Positions 40,265 to 51,628 of a stretch of 64,000 nt of DNA are shown here, one piece after another. The stretch's first letter is position 1. Every line of letters begins with the position of its first letter. A program made the position numbers and the translations under genes. Below the pieces are notes generated by a model, which was not told where the DNA came from, did no database searches, and saw only the letters and a program-made list of their open reading frames with translations. Location: NCBI GenBank assembly GCA_964016885.1, contig OZ024740.1, positions 173,600,001 to 173,664,000 on the forward strand. The letters run 5' to 3'. Origin of the DNA: Eledone cirrhosa (lineage: Eukaryota).

Positions 40265-40432
40265 GACACTACAACGCTATTAGCAGTCAGTCGAAAGCAG
40301 CCGATGAAAGCAAAACATCGTTTATTTCCGTATTACTACCACGCGTAAGTGGAGTTACTTGGTGGTAGTAATACGGAAATAAACGATGACGAATGACGTC
40401 ACCTTCGCCTGCTTTCACGACTGACAGCTATA
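40265..40432. mobile_element. Fold-back mini-element matching the Merlin right terminus
   Basis: 27-bp perfect inverted repeat (40316-40342 / 40362-40388); matches 60204-60313. Confidence 0.7.
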
Positions 40433-41657
40433 TATCACGTGAACACAATCACATTATTCTTTCAAAGGGAAAAGTTTGGCGCCATTTTTCTCCAGGGAAT
40501 AACGCAAATGTAAACAAACGCAGGAGATAAGTAGAAACAATAAAAGCAAAAGATAAGAAAATGTAAGTAATATCAAATAATTATTAAATTTTATTGTTTT
40601 ATATATTAAACTAAGATTTTATTGTTTTATATTTTGTATCTCGGCTCTGTAATACATTTGAAAATTTACATTGTAAGTACCAGTAATACACTGGATAATT
40701 GATGGCCTTGTGCCAAAGTAGAAACAATTATTATAATAAAACTCCGGATAAACATAAACTGTTGAATGTTTGTCAGCTCTTATGAAAGAGTCGGCAAATT
40801 TTCAATCAACCAACTTTCCTTAGTTGAATAAATATATGTATGAATATATATATATACGTATATTTTCTTTAATATTGCAACATTAAAGGAATATATCCTT
40901 CTGAAAGAATCGCGAGCAATTTATAATGTTATTTAAGCATTGGTAATGATATTTATGTATATATTTAAAACATATTTGCTATGTTATTCTACTATGCTTT
41001 GTATATATTATATATACATTTAGCAGGGTAGTTGAATGAAGGTCGTTAGTTGACAGTGTGGTAAAGTGATAGTATCCTCATTGGATTGTCTTGTCGACAT
41101 AGACGTGAGGGAAGGTCCCTCAATCTATTTACCATCTTTGTATTTACAATATTCCTTTCGTCAGGTCGCCAATTCCAGCAGCATGGATTATAGATGTTAT
41201 TGAGACACGAGTAACATAATAATGATTTCAACAGCAGAAATTAGAGATGAAATGTATGTTTATTTTTGATGTAGCACAAACAATGTTTGTTAATTTATAT
41301 GGTTGAAGTTACATATAAAAAGAGGTTACAAAAGGGAATGTGCCATTGCGCCGGAAAGCTGGCGAGGCTAGGGTGCAAAATCTCACCGTTACATTATGCG
41401 TGTTGCTGGTTCGAAGTTCCCGGTACAAGAGAGAGATTCTTCAAATCTTCGCGGGGAATTTCTTCCTCAGGGCGCGTAGGGATACATCCTCTTCTACTGG
41501 CGCTGATTGGCTGAACTGAGCCAAATCACGCACAGAGAATGTATGTGAGCCCGCGGAATGTAGGTCACTACATACACAAATAATGAATCTGTATATTAAA
41601 ACATCGTTTGTATTATTCAATCAATTTATTGAACAACTAGAATGCTCATGGTAAAGT

Positions 41658-41661
<4 letters not shown>

Positions 41662-41721
<60 letters not shown>

Positions 41722-41902
41722 AACCAGTAAGACCCCGACGGCTGAGCTCAAGCCGTTTCGACGGCTAATTCTGAATTAGCCGTCGAAACGGCTTGAGCTC
41801 AGCCGTCGGGGTCTTACTGGTTCCTATTACCCACTCTACTACCCTAAGTATTGAGTACTTTGGTGCGTTATGGTCCACCTGGTTCCTTACCACATTTCCT
41901 TC

Positions 41903-41967
<65 letters not shown>

Positions 41968-42365
41968 ATGTATGTAAGAATCTATATATATGTATATATA
42001 TATATGTATGTATATCTATAAATATGTGTGTGAGTATGTATATATGTGTGTATGTATATATATGTGTGTGTATGCATATGTGTGTGTATGCAGTGTGTGT
42101 GTGTATGTATATATATATATATGTGTGTGTATGCATATATGTGTGTGTGTGTGTATGTATATATATATGTATATATATATATGAAGATAAATTAACGGAG
42201 CCATAGAGTCGCGTTATTCCCTGTAAATTATGTGCTCAAAGGGAAAGGAATCCTATACCTATTGTATATGTATATATATATATGCATGTATATATATGTA
42301 TATGTGTATATATATGCATGTATATGTGTATTTGTATATATGTATATGTTTGTATGTATGTATAT
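41662..42365. repeat. (TA)n/(TG)n microsatellite block containing a perfect 111-bp palindrome (41717-41827)
   Basis: Direct reading of the sequence. Confidence 0.95.
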
Positions 42366-45300
42366 CATCATCATCGTTTAACGCCCATCTTCCAAGCTTG
42401 CATGGGTTTGGACGGGAGTTTTCCCACTTGAGGCAAGAGTGGTTGTCTTGCTCGCATAGGACTGTCTGGCGGGTTTTCTACGGCTGGATGCCCTTCCTAA
42501 CACCAACCACGTTTACAGTGTGGACTGGGAGTTTTTTTTTGTCGTGATACCTACACGACCTCATTTGTTTCGGACTGGATGTTATGGTACTAACATAACT
42601 TTACATCGAATAGGGTGGTGTGGATGGGGTGGGGGTAGTGGGACGGGGGTGTATCTTTGTTAGAGGTGCCTACTGACTGTGGTAGGTTTCACTTTGTACT
42701 TAGGTAAGGTAGTTCTTCTGTATTACTGTGTAGCGCCAAAGATCTTGGTCCAGTGACATTGTCTTGGAGAGGTGTAAGTGTGTGAGGTCGGAATTTATCA
42801 AGTCGTCCCAGGTTTTTCTGGATCTGCCTACTCCGTGGCTACCGTCTATTTTTATCGCCCTGCACTTTTTTATACAGCTGTCGTCTTTCATGTGCATCAC
42901 GTGGCCGTACCAACGTAGTTTTCTCACGAGTAAACAGCATCTAATCCCTCTTATTTCTAATTTTTCCCTTAGTTCGTTTATGCTTTGCCGTTCGCGTATA
43001 TTACTATTACACATCCAGCGGAGCATGCAAGCTTCGTTCCTCTCTAGTCTGCGTATATCCTCTGCACACAATGCCCAGGTCTCACTGCCATGCAACATTG
43101 CTGTTCGTATGCAGGCATCATACAGCCTGCCTTTCATTTTTAGGGAGAACCTTTTAGCGGCTAATAGTGGTATAAGCTCTCTGAACTTTTTCCATCCAGT
43201 TCTGACTCTAGCTACTGTACTTTCAGAGCACCCTCCCCCACTGCTGATTTTGTCACCCAAGTAACGGAAAGTGTCCACTATTTCTATAGAACCATCTGTG
43301 CAATGGAATGAGCTAGTATTCTGTGGGCACTTGCTGCTACTTATTGCACCAGAGCACCGGCCACATAAAATCTATATTCTTAGTTAGCTTACCTGTGATC
43401 CCACTACATCTTTTATGCACCCATACTTTGCATTTGGGACATAAAATGGAGTTTCTGCCTACTCCTTTCCTACACACTGAGCATGGCCATTTCCCGGATG
43501 GGACCGGTGCCCTATTTTCCTTCCTACAAACTAGAACTTTAGTCTTAGACAGGTTAATTTTAAGGCCTTTTGATTCTAGGCCATGCTTCCATGTTTGGAA
43601 TTTCTTCTCTAGTTCAGCCATTGATTCAGCTATGAACATTAGATCATCTGCGTATAGGAGTTCCCATGGGCAGCCGGTCTTGAACTCCACTGTTATAGCC
43701 TGAAGGGCAATAATAAATAGTAGGGGGCTAAGAACGCCAATGAACACCAACTTTTACGCTAAACTCTTCACTATATTCATTGTTAATTCTAACCTTGCTG
43801 ACTGTTTCTTTATACATGGCTTGTATAGCTCTCACAAGCCATTCATCAACACCTAGTTTTCTAAGAGCCCACCAGATAATGGAACGAGGGACTCTGTCAA
43901 AGGCTTTCTCTAAGTCGACAAAAGCTAAGTATAGGGGTTTACTTTTAGCTAGGTACTTCTCCTGTAGTTGTCGTACAATGAAAAGAGCATCTGTAGTACT
44001 TTTACCTGACACAAACCCGAGCTGCATTTCATCTCGATCAATTCGCTCTCTGATTAGTTGCGCTATTACTTTTTCTGTGACCTTCATGGCCTGGTCGATT
44101 AATTTAATGCCTCTATAGTTACCCATATCTAGGGCATCTCCTTTACCCTTGTAGCAGTTAATGATGATGCTGCTACGCCAGTCCTTCGGAACAACCCCAT
44201 TCTGTATGACTTGGTTTACTATCCGGGTGACCATAGTGTGTCCTACCGTTCCAGATGCTTTCAGCATTTCAGCAACTATTTCCGAAGGCCCAGCCGCCTT
44301 ACCCGTCTTCATATATTTGATTGCCTTACTTATTATACTAGAGACTGTCTTTCTCCCATTTATTCTCCTCATTTAGTAGCTTTTCGTAGTGACACTTCCA
44401 AGCTACTTTCTTATCAGTATCAGTGATGGCAAGTACACCATCATCATTAAGGACACACTTCTCCCCGACAATATCACGGTTTTCCTTGACACATTGCCTA
44501 GCAATCCTGAACACCTCACGTTTTTGGTCCTCGCGTTGTAGAACATGCTTGAACTTTCTTTCCTCTGCTTCCCTTCTTGCGAAGTACACTTGTCTCCTAG
44601 CTTCCCTCCTGGCCACTTGATAGTCTTCTCTATTTCCCCCATCCCTCCATACTTTCCAAGCCTGCTTTTTGGCCTTAATTGACTCCTCCACCTTACTGTT
44701 CCACCACCACGTTACTCTCCTGCCTATAGGCCTGCTCCAGCTGCAGACTTCATCTGTCGCCATCAGCAGGTTTGCTTTCAGGAATTCCCACTGTTCCTCT
44801 ATATTGTACGACTCTAATTGCTCTTCCTTATTGTCGAAAGCATCAAGTAATATGCTTTTAAATTTATTACTGGCTGTGGGGTCCTTTAGCTTCCATATTT
44901 TTCTCCTGAGGATAGTCCTCTTCTGTTGTCAAGAACGTCTCGTCCTGACTATGAGGTCGCTAATTATGAGTCTATGTTGAGAGGTGCATTCTTCATGGGG
45001 GAGGGATTTAGTGTTTACAACAGACACTCTGTCACGTCTTCTGGTAAGGATATAATCTACCTGGCTGGTATGTTCCCCTGATCTGTAGGTGATCAAGTGA
45101 TTGTCTCGCTTTTTGAAGTTAGTGTTACAGATAGTTAGGTTATTTGCGTCACAGAATTCCAGGATTCTGGAGCCTTCCTCATTTCTAGTACCAAACCCAT
45201 AGCCTCCATGGATTCCGTCATAGCCGTCACAATGTTGTCCAACGTGACCATTTAGGTCGCCAGCAATAATTATATAGTCACTGTCGGTTATTTGGGAGGT

Positions 45301-45960
45301 AGTGAGCATCAGTGTCTCATAGAATCTGTCTTTTATAGCGCCAGGCAGTCTGGATTGGGGTGCGTACGCAGATATTACTGTCACAGTAGTTCTATTTAGA
45401 ACAAGTCTTATTTTAATTATTCTGTCATTCACTCTATTTACGTCTATTATCTTATCCACCCATTTTTCTGCTAACATGATTCCTACCCCACCCAGCCCAT
45501 TGTCATTTCCCACCCAGAAAAGCTTATAGCATCGTTTTTTACCCACAATGAATCTAGCAGACCCGCTCCTCCACCTGGTCTCTTGGATACAGCAAACATC
45601 AACCTCCTTACGTTCAAGCATTTCTACAACCTCGTTAGAGCAACCTTTTAAGGTGCCTACATTCATGGAACCAACTCTGAAGTTTTGGATTGCGTTTGGT
45701 GGGTGGGCCGCGGGGAGGGGTGAGGGGGATGGGGTTGGGGTTATGTTGACCATCCGCGGCCGAAACAAAGAGGAGGAGTCCTTGCCCTTTCGTCCGGCCG
45801 CATGAGGTGAATTTGTCGTTATCTTTGGCATTGACTCTGAGTGTCCAGATTCTTCAGACTCTCCAGAATTCCTTAGTCCATCCATCATATTGAAAAGCAA
45901 CCAGAAGTGATAGCATAGGCCACTGACTTATGATTGGTCCAAATAATAATGGTGGAGAGT
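42366..45960 (-). mobile_element. Near full-length RTE-clade LINE (APE endonuclease + RT), frameshifted
   Basis: APE motifs (SMNVGTL, CIQETRW, SAYAPQ, AGDLNGHVG, VDYIL) at 44929-45900. RT motifs (NYRGIKL, AFVDLEKAFDRV, LLYADDL, FRYLGD) at 42700-44372. (GAT)n tail. ORF split into five pieces. Confidence 0.95.
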
Positions 45961-45999
45961 GGGGCGGGCGGGAGGGGTATGGCGCAGTTAGCGAGCGAG

Positions 46000-46296
46000 G
46001 AGAAGGTTTTAAATAAAGCATATAACAGTAACAAGCGATATACTGGGATTTTAAAATACACAAGATTATTTAGAACAGCCAGACAGAATTATAGAATAGC
46101 ATTGAGAAAGTAGGATTGGATCCTGGGCGATTATACAGATATATGGATGAATGAACCGAAGGGTGGGGAGACAAGAAGAAAATAGTATTTTTACATTACA
46201 TTTCGTAGAAGTGGACTGACTATTAATAAGAGTTGACAAATTCTGAGATTCGTACCTCGTAACAGGTTAATTTATATTTGGTGCGAGTAGGGAATG

Positions 46297-46343
<47 letters not shown>

Positions 46344-46669
46344 AACAGGCACGTATGTGATAAAGAGGGGGGGGGGGTGACAGAGATTTAGAGGGACTAG
46401 GGAGGCCATTTTTATGAATCCTGGAAAATTTCGGCCAAAATTAAGATTAAGCGAAGAGAAGGTTTTAAATAAAGCATATAACAGTAACAAGCGATATACT
46501 GGGATTTTAAAATACACAAGATTATTTAGAACAGCCAGACAGAATTATAGAATAGCATTGAGAAAGTAGGATTGGATTCTAGGCGATTATACAGATATAT
46601 GGATGAATGAACCGAAGGGTGGGGAGACAAGAAGAAAATGGTATTTTTACATTACATTTCGTAGAAGTG
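46000..46669. repeat. 214-bp direct repeat (46000-46213 and 46456-46669) flanking a (GA)n tract
   Basis: gagaaggttttaaataaagc...tttcgtagaagtg occurs twice with only a few mismatches. Confidence 0.9.
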
Positions 46670-46748
46670 TATATATGAATGTATATATATATATATATAT
46701 GTATGTGTATATATATAGATGTAATCTGAATTTTATAGATGTAATCTG

Positions 46749-47816
46749 AATAGTATGGTAGAATATTAAGTTTTAAATGTTAATTGAACAAGTAATTTCA
46801 TGCTTTCGCAATCTTCAGGTTCATATTCTGTGGTGACCGTCAAGTTTGCAATTTTCAACTGTAATGAGATGGGTAAATTTTGTGCCTTATATACAGTGAA
46901 AAGCGGCTACAGAATGCTAAATTTTGCAAACTGTATTTCGACCAATTGGTGTGTAGTTTCACTGGATTACTGAAGCTGATTGGTTTAGGCGTCATGGTTG
47001 GTTGAGCATGTCTAACAACTTCTATTTGGCTCTATCCAAAGCATCAATTGTTTTGCTATTTTTAGAAATGATGTAAATAGCATTTTCTAGGGTTTTTATA
47101 CCCATAAGAATTATTATTGTTCATTTAGCTTGGGTTGGAATTTATGAATAACATTCTTTTCTTTGATTTTTCTCTTGATTTCACTTGGCCTGTGTAATTT
47201 GTAGAATGGAAATATTATAAATATTTTCTGACCACATGTTGCTAGATGGTTACTCAGGGGTATCTGACGGACATTTGGGTCACTGATTTGCTGTCGGTGC
47301 ACCCGTGCACGTTCCGATAGTGCATTTCCAGTTTGACCGACATATAGTTCTTCACAATTCGGGCATTTGATGCAGTAAATTAGATTTCTGCTTTTTCAGT
47401 TCATATTTGCATTTGGGAATATTTTTAAAAATTCCAACCCAAGCTAAATGAACAATAATAATTCTTAAGGGTATAAAAACCCTAGAAAATGCTATTTTCA
47501 TCATTTCTAAAAATAGCAAAACAATTGATGCTTTGAATAGGGCCAAATAGAAGTCGTTAGACATGCCCAACCAACCATGATGCCTAAACCAATCAGCTTC
47601 AGTAATCCAGTGAAACTACACACCGATTGGTCGAAATACAGTTTGCAAAATTTAGCATTCTGTAGCCGCTTTTCACTGTATATAAGGCACAAAATTTACC
47701 CATCTCATTACAGTTGAAAATTGTAAACTTGACTGTCACCACAGAATATGAACCTGAAGATTGCGAAAGCATGAAATTACTTGTTCAATTAACACTTAAT
47801 ATTCTACCATGCTATT
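46749..47816 (-). mobile_element. Penelope-like element (Neptune-type) 3' fragment with inverted pseudo-LTRs
   Basis: ~390-bp inverted repeats (46749-47143 / 47429-47816). The minus strand encodes GIY-YIG SRNLIYCIKCPNCEELYVGQTGNALSERARVHRQQI...FQPKLN. Confidence 0.88.
46785..46823 (-). ncRNA. Minimal hammerhead-like motif in the Penelope pLTR (second copy 47749-47787 +)
   Basis: UGAAC-CUGAAGA-U-UGC(GAAA)GCA-U-GAAA-UUAC-UU-GUUCA; sense to the GIY-YIG ORF. Confidence 0.65.
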
Positions 47817-48142
47817 TCATTCTAATACCATTATAATTTTAAAGGATTGTAAATAAAATGAGTAAATCAGACAAAGTTGGAATTCCTTTTACTAATATAA
47901 TCTTCTATACACAATCATACACACCTGTGTATATTTATTTATATATATATATAGCTTTTAAGCTATTTTGTAGTATCTCTGTTCAGGAACACACCACTTA
48001 TATTAAATTTATCTCCTTGGAGCTTTGTAAAAGTCTGAGAGATTGGCTACATATATGTTTTATATATTTTTTTTTGTTTAGATGGAAGACAAAACAAAGA
48101 AGATGAATACAAAGATGAAGAAGAGAAAGATAAAGATGAAGA

Positions 48143-49855
48143 ACCGCACTGCACAACACCACACTGCACCGCACTGCACCACACCACATCGCAGTGCACC
48201 GCACCACATCACACCACACTTCACCACATAAAAACATACAACACTACACCACATAACACCACAACACAACACACCACTCCTCACTACAACACAACACACC
48301 ACTCCTCACTACAGCACACCACACTACTCCACATAAAAACACACCACACTACTCCACACCACATAACACCACACCACAACACACCACACCTCACTACATC
48401 ACACCACACTACTCCACACCACACAACACCCAACATTTTTTCCTCATCTTTTTTCATGTGTTATCAACTAATCTGAACTCCAAGATGTTTGTTATTGACT
48501 CTCTCTTCATGGAAAACTTAGGTGGATGTACTTCTCTCATTTAACCCCAGAGTTTTCTCTGAGATTTTTTGTATGTTATCAACGAATATGACCTCCAAAC
48601 CAGTTGGAAATGATTAGTTGTTCTAGGAAAAAGGAGGGGTAAAGCAGGTGGAAAAACCATTGTCGTTTTGTAGATATATACCCTAATGATTTTTCTTCGG
48701 TCTCCTTTTGAGTGCTATCAACTAATCTGACCTTTTAGTTGCTCTGAATCAATTTTTTTTCTGGGATTTGGAAACTAAAACTAAATTAAACATAAAATTA
48801 AATCTAGCCCCAACTCTAAACTCTAAATCTAAACCAAACCAAGCTAAATCTAAATATAAACATTACCCCAACCCTTAAACTATACCCCAACCATAAAACA
48901 AAACCCTAAACATTACCCCAACCCTAAAACTAGACCCTAAACAATACTCCAACCAACCCTAAACTTTACCCCAAACCTAAAACTAAACCCTAAACTTTAC
49001 CCCAACCCTAAAACTAGACCCTAAACATTACCCTAAAACTAAACCCTAAACATTACCCCAACCCTAAACCCTACCCAGGGAAATAAGTTGGTTGGAAGCA
49101 TCTAGGAGGTCAGATTAATTAATAGCACAGGAAATAGCACAGGAAATTAATAGTACAGGAAATATACCGAAAATGATTAAGTCCCACAACATGTGAGTGG
49201 GGTGTAGATCTGCAAAACCCTTCCCCTCTCCCTCCTCTTTCTCCAAAGCTAGTTGTTTTTGACTGGTTTGGAAGTCATATTCACTGATAACGCATGAAAA
49301 TAGAATCAAAGAGAAAATTCCGAGTAAGCAGGGGTTATCCGGGTGAAGGGGGAACGACCTCACCCCACCGTTTTCCTGGGGGGAAAAAGTCAGTTTCAAG
49401 CATCTTGGTGATTGATAGCACATGAAAAATAGGATGAAAAAATTTCACATCACATCACACCACATCACACCACATCACACCATATCTCACCACATCACAC
49501 CACACCACATCACACCATATCACATCACGTCTCGCCTCGCCTCATTTCACCACACCACGCCACATTTCATCACATCACATTACATTTCACCACGCCACAT
49601 TTCATCACATCACATTTCACCATGCCATGCCACATCACATCACATCACATGCCATCACACCACATGCTACCACACTACATCCCACCACACTCCACTACAC
49701 CATATCCCCCACCCTACATTGAACCACACTCCACTCCACCACACTCCACTACACCACACCACTGTCCACTACACTAAACCACACTCCACTACACTACACC
49801 ACACCACTGTCCACTACACTAAACCACACTACACTACACTACACCACACCACAGT
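48143..49855. repeat. (CACCA/CATCA)n tracts flanking an inverted-ended element (~48440-49440) with a degenerate CCCTAA(A) array (~48770-49075)
   Basis: tttttcatgtgttatcaac..ccaagatg versus catcttgg..ttgatagcacatgaaaaa; related sequence at 52480-53820 and 61480-61910. Confidence 0.75.
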
Positions 49856-50421
49856 CTATTCGACTGTTTTCTATTTCGTAGGTATGTCCAGTTACAGTAA
49901 GAGAAAGAAAGTTATTTCAAAGGATCTGAGTAAGTAAACACTTCATTCATTGACCATCATTTTAAGCAGAATCTCAGTGTAGTTTTAAATTGACCTTTTC
50001 ATATGATTACACCTCAGTCTTAACTTAATCACCTGTAGATGGATGCTACATGTAATGTTAAAATTAGTTAAACACTGTTTCCCCCTTCTCATCACATGTG
50101 GATGCTACATGTGTATTGTTAACATTAATCTAACGTTGTCCCCCCTCCTCTGCCTCACCATATCATACCACACCACATCACACCATGTTGTACCACACCA
50201 GACCACATAACACCATGCTATACCATATATATATATATATAGAGAGAGAGAGAATTAGTACATCTACCAACATATGTGTACAGATGTACACTCATGCTAG
50301 CAAATATATAAGTTATGTCTTAGTACCTATGTGGTTCTATGCAGGTGAATGCAGAACAATTATATGAAAGACGTAAAATAAGAAAATTTTAAAAATTAAG
50401 AATCAACTTACTAAAATTTTC

Positions 50422-50507
50422 ACTCCAACTAATTAGTTTCTGTAATGGGATAAATATAGTTACATAATATATATAACTATAGAGAATTCATTACGTCATC
50501 AGGGAGT
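50422..50507 (-). ncRNA. Type I hammerhead ribozyme (identical inverted copy)
   Basis: Reverse complement of 50968-51053. Confidence 0.8.
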
Positions 50508-50967
50508 CTATTCTCAGCTAAGTTCCCAGGCAATGCGCGGACACTAGGAACCCATATAAAAATAATAATTCAGTAGATGGAATGAAGCTAGCGAGGACTA
50601 AATTCCGGAGCACTGAAAAAATTTCACTGCCTCTGGTCAGTGGCAGATTCTAAAGAATCAATCACGTGACACCGAGGTTAATCAGTTAGGAGCGGGGTGG
50701 TATTATGACAAGAGCCTACTACTACTATGAAACAGCAGTAAATTTTGGCAAGTTTTGCTCAACAAATAATTTGGAGATAAATATAGAGAATTAGTACATC
50801 TACCAACATATGTGTACAGATGTACACTCATGCTAGCAAATATATAAGTTATGTCTTAGTACCTATGTGGTTCTATGCAGGTGAATGCAGAACAATTATA
50901 TGAAAGACGTAAAATAAGAAAATTTAAAAAATTAAAAATCAACTTACTTACTAAAAGCTGAGAATAG

Positions 50968-51053
50968 ACTCCCTGATGACGTAATGAATTCTCTATAGTT
51001 ATATATATTATGTAACTATATTTATCCCATTACAGAAACTAATTAGTTGGAGT
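50968..51053 (+). ncRNA. Type I hammerhead ribozyme
   Basis: Stem I ACUCC/GGAGU, CUGAUGA (50973-79), stem II GUAAUG/CAUUAC with an extended AU hairpin, GAAA (51035-38), palindromic stem III CUAAUUAG, GUU cleavage triplet. Confidence 0.8.
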
Positions 51054-51074
51054 GAAAATTTTAGTAATTACGTC

Positions 51075-51119
<45 letters not shown>

Positions 51120-51191
51120 CTCTCCACTCGTTATATTAACTGTATCTCCTCGGTGTTTCGTGAAAGTCTGAGAGATCAGCTATATATTTGT

Positions 51192-51628
51192 GTGGGCCCC
51201 GTTTGTGAGACGAACCTTTCCCAGACTCGTCTCACTCACCGAGCTGCAATCCTAGGTCAAGCAAAGACCAAGAAAACTGGGTGCCTGGCACACTGAGTGT
51301 GCCCAGGCGCTCACGGCCCTCTGGCAGGTGGACCCTGTTATCAGTGGAGACTCCACCGCGACATTCTATAGATGGGCCTTCTCTCTACATCAGCCTGTAG
51401 GTGGAAAAAAGGAAGGAACGAGGGAGCACCCTCTCTCTGTGCTCCTGAGGAGAAGGGGTTGCACACTTTTTCAGGGGTGTGTGCGACCCCCCCAAACGCC
51501 CCCTCCCTATTGAGGACTTTATTGTTAATTTTATATTTGTTATTTGTTTTCTTTACTCGCCTTTTTGTGTAAACTCCCCCCTTGTATTTGTCCCCTTCTT
51601 TTGCGCCCTAGTGGCAATAAATAGAAAT
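51192..51628 (+). mobile_element. 437-bp insertion with a 12-bp target-site duplication (probable truncated LINE 3' end)
   Basis: ctatatatttgt at 51180-51191 and 51629-51640; AATAAA near the 3' end; empty-site paralogue at ~48020-48110. Confidence 0.7.

Larger units (their letters stand above)
50249..51080 (-). mobile_element. Non-coding hammerhead-bearing element (retrozyme or non-autonomous PLE-like), partial tandem plus inversion, ~536-bp monomer
   Basis: Direct repeat 50249-50416 / 50785-50956; inverted repeat ~50408-50519 / 50957-51068; (TA)n tracts on both sides. Confidence 0.75.

Noticed and set aside
40267-40274. CACTACAA as a CACTA/EnSpm terminus
   Set aside because: The matching copy at 60313 starts GGCACTAC and flanks a Merlin-type transposase.
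41793-42206. ORFs rich in YI/CV/HT
   Set aside because: Translations of (TA)n/(TG)n microsatellites.
48770-49075. True telomere
   Set aside because: Short, degenerate and internal to a repeat element.
49422-49937. 171-aa His/Thr-rich ORF
   Set aside because: Translation of (CACCA/CATCA)n pentamer repeats.
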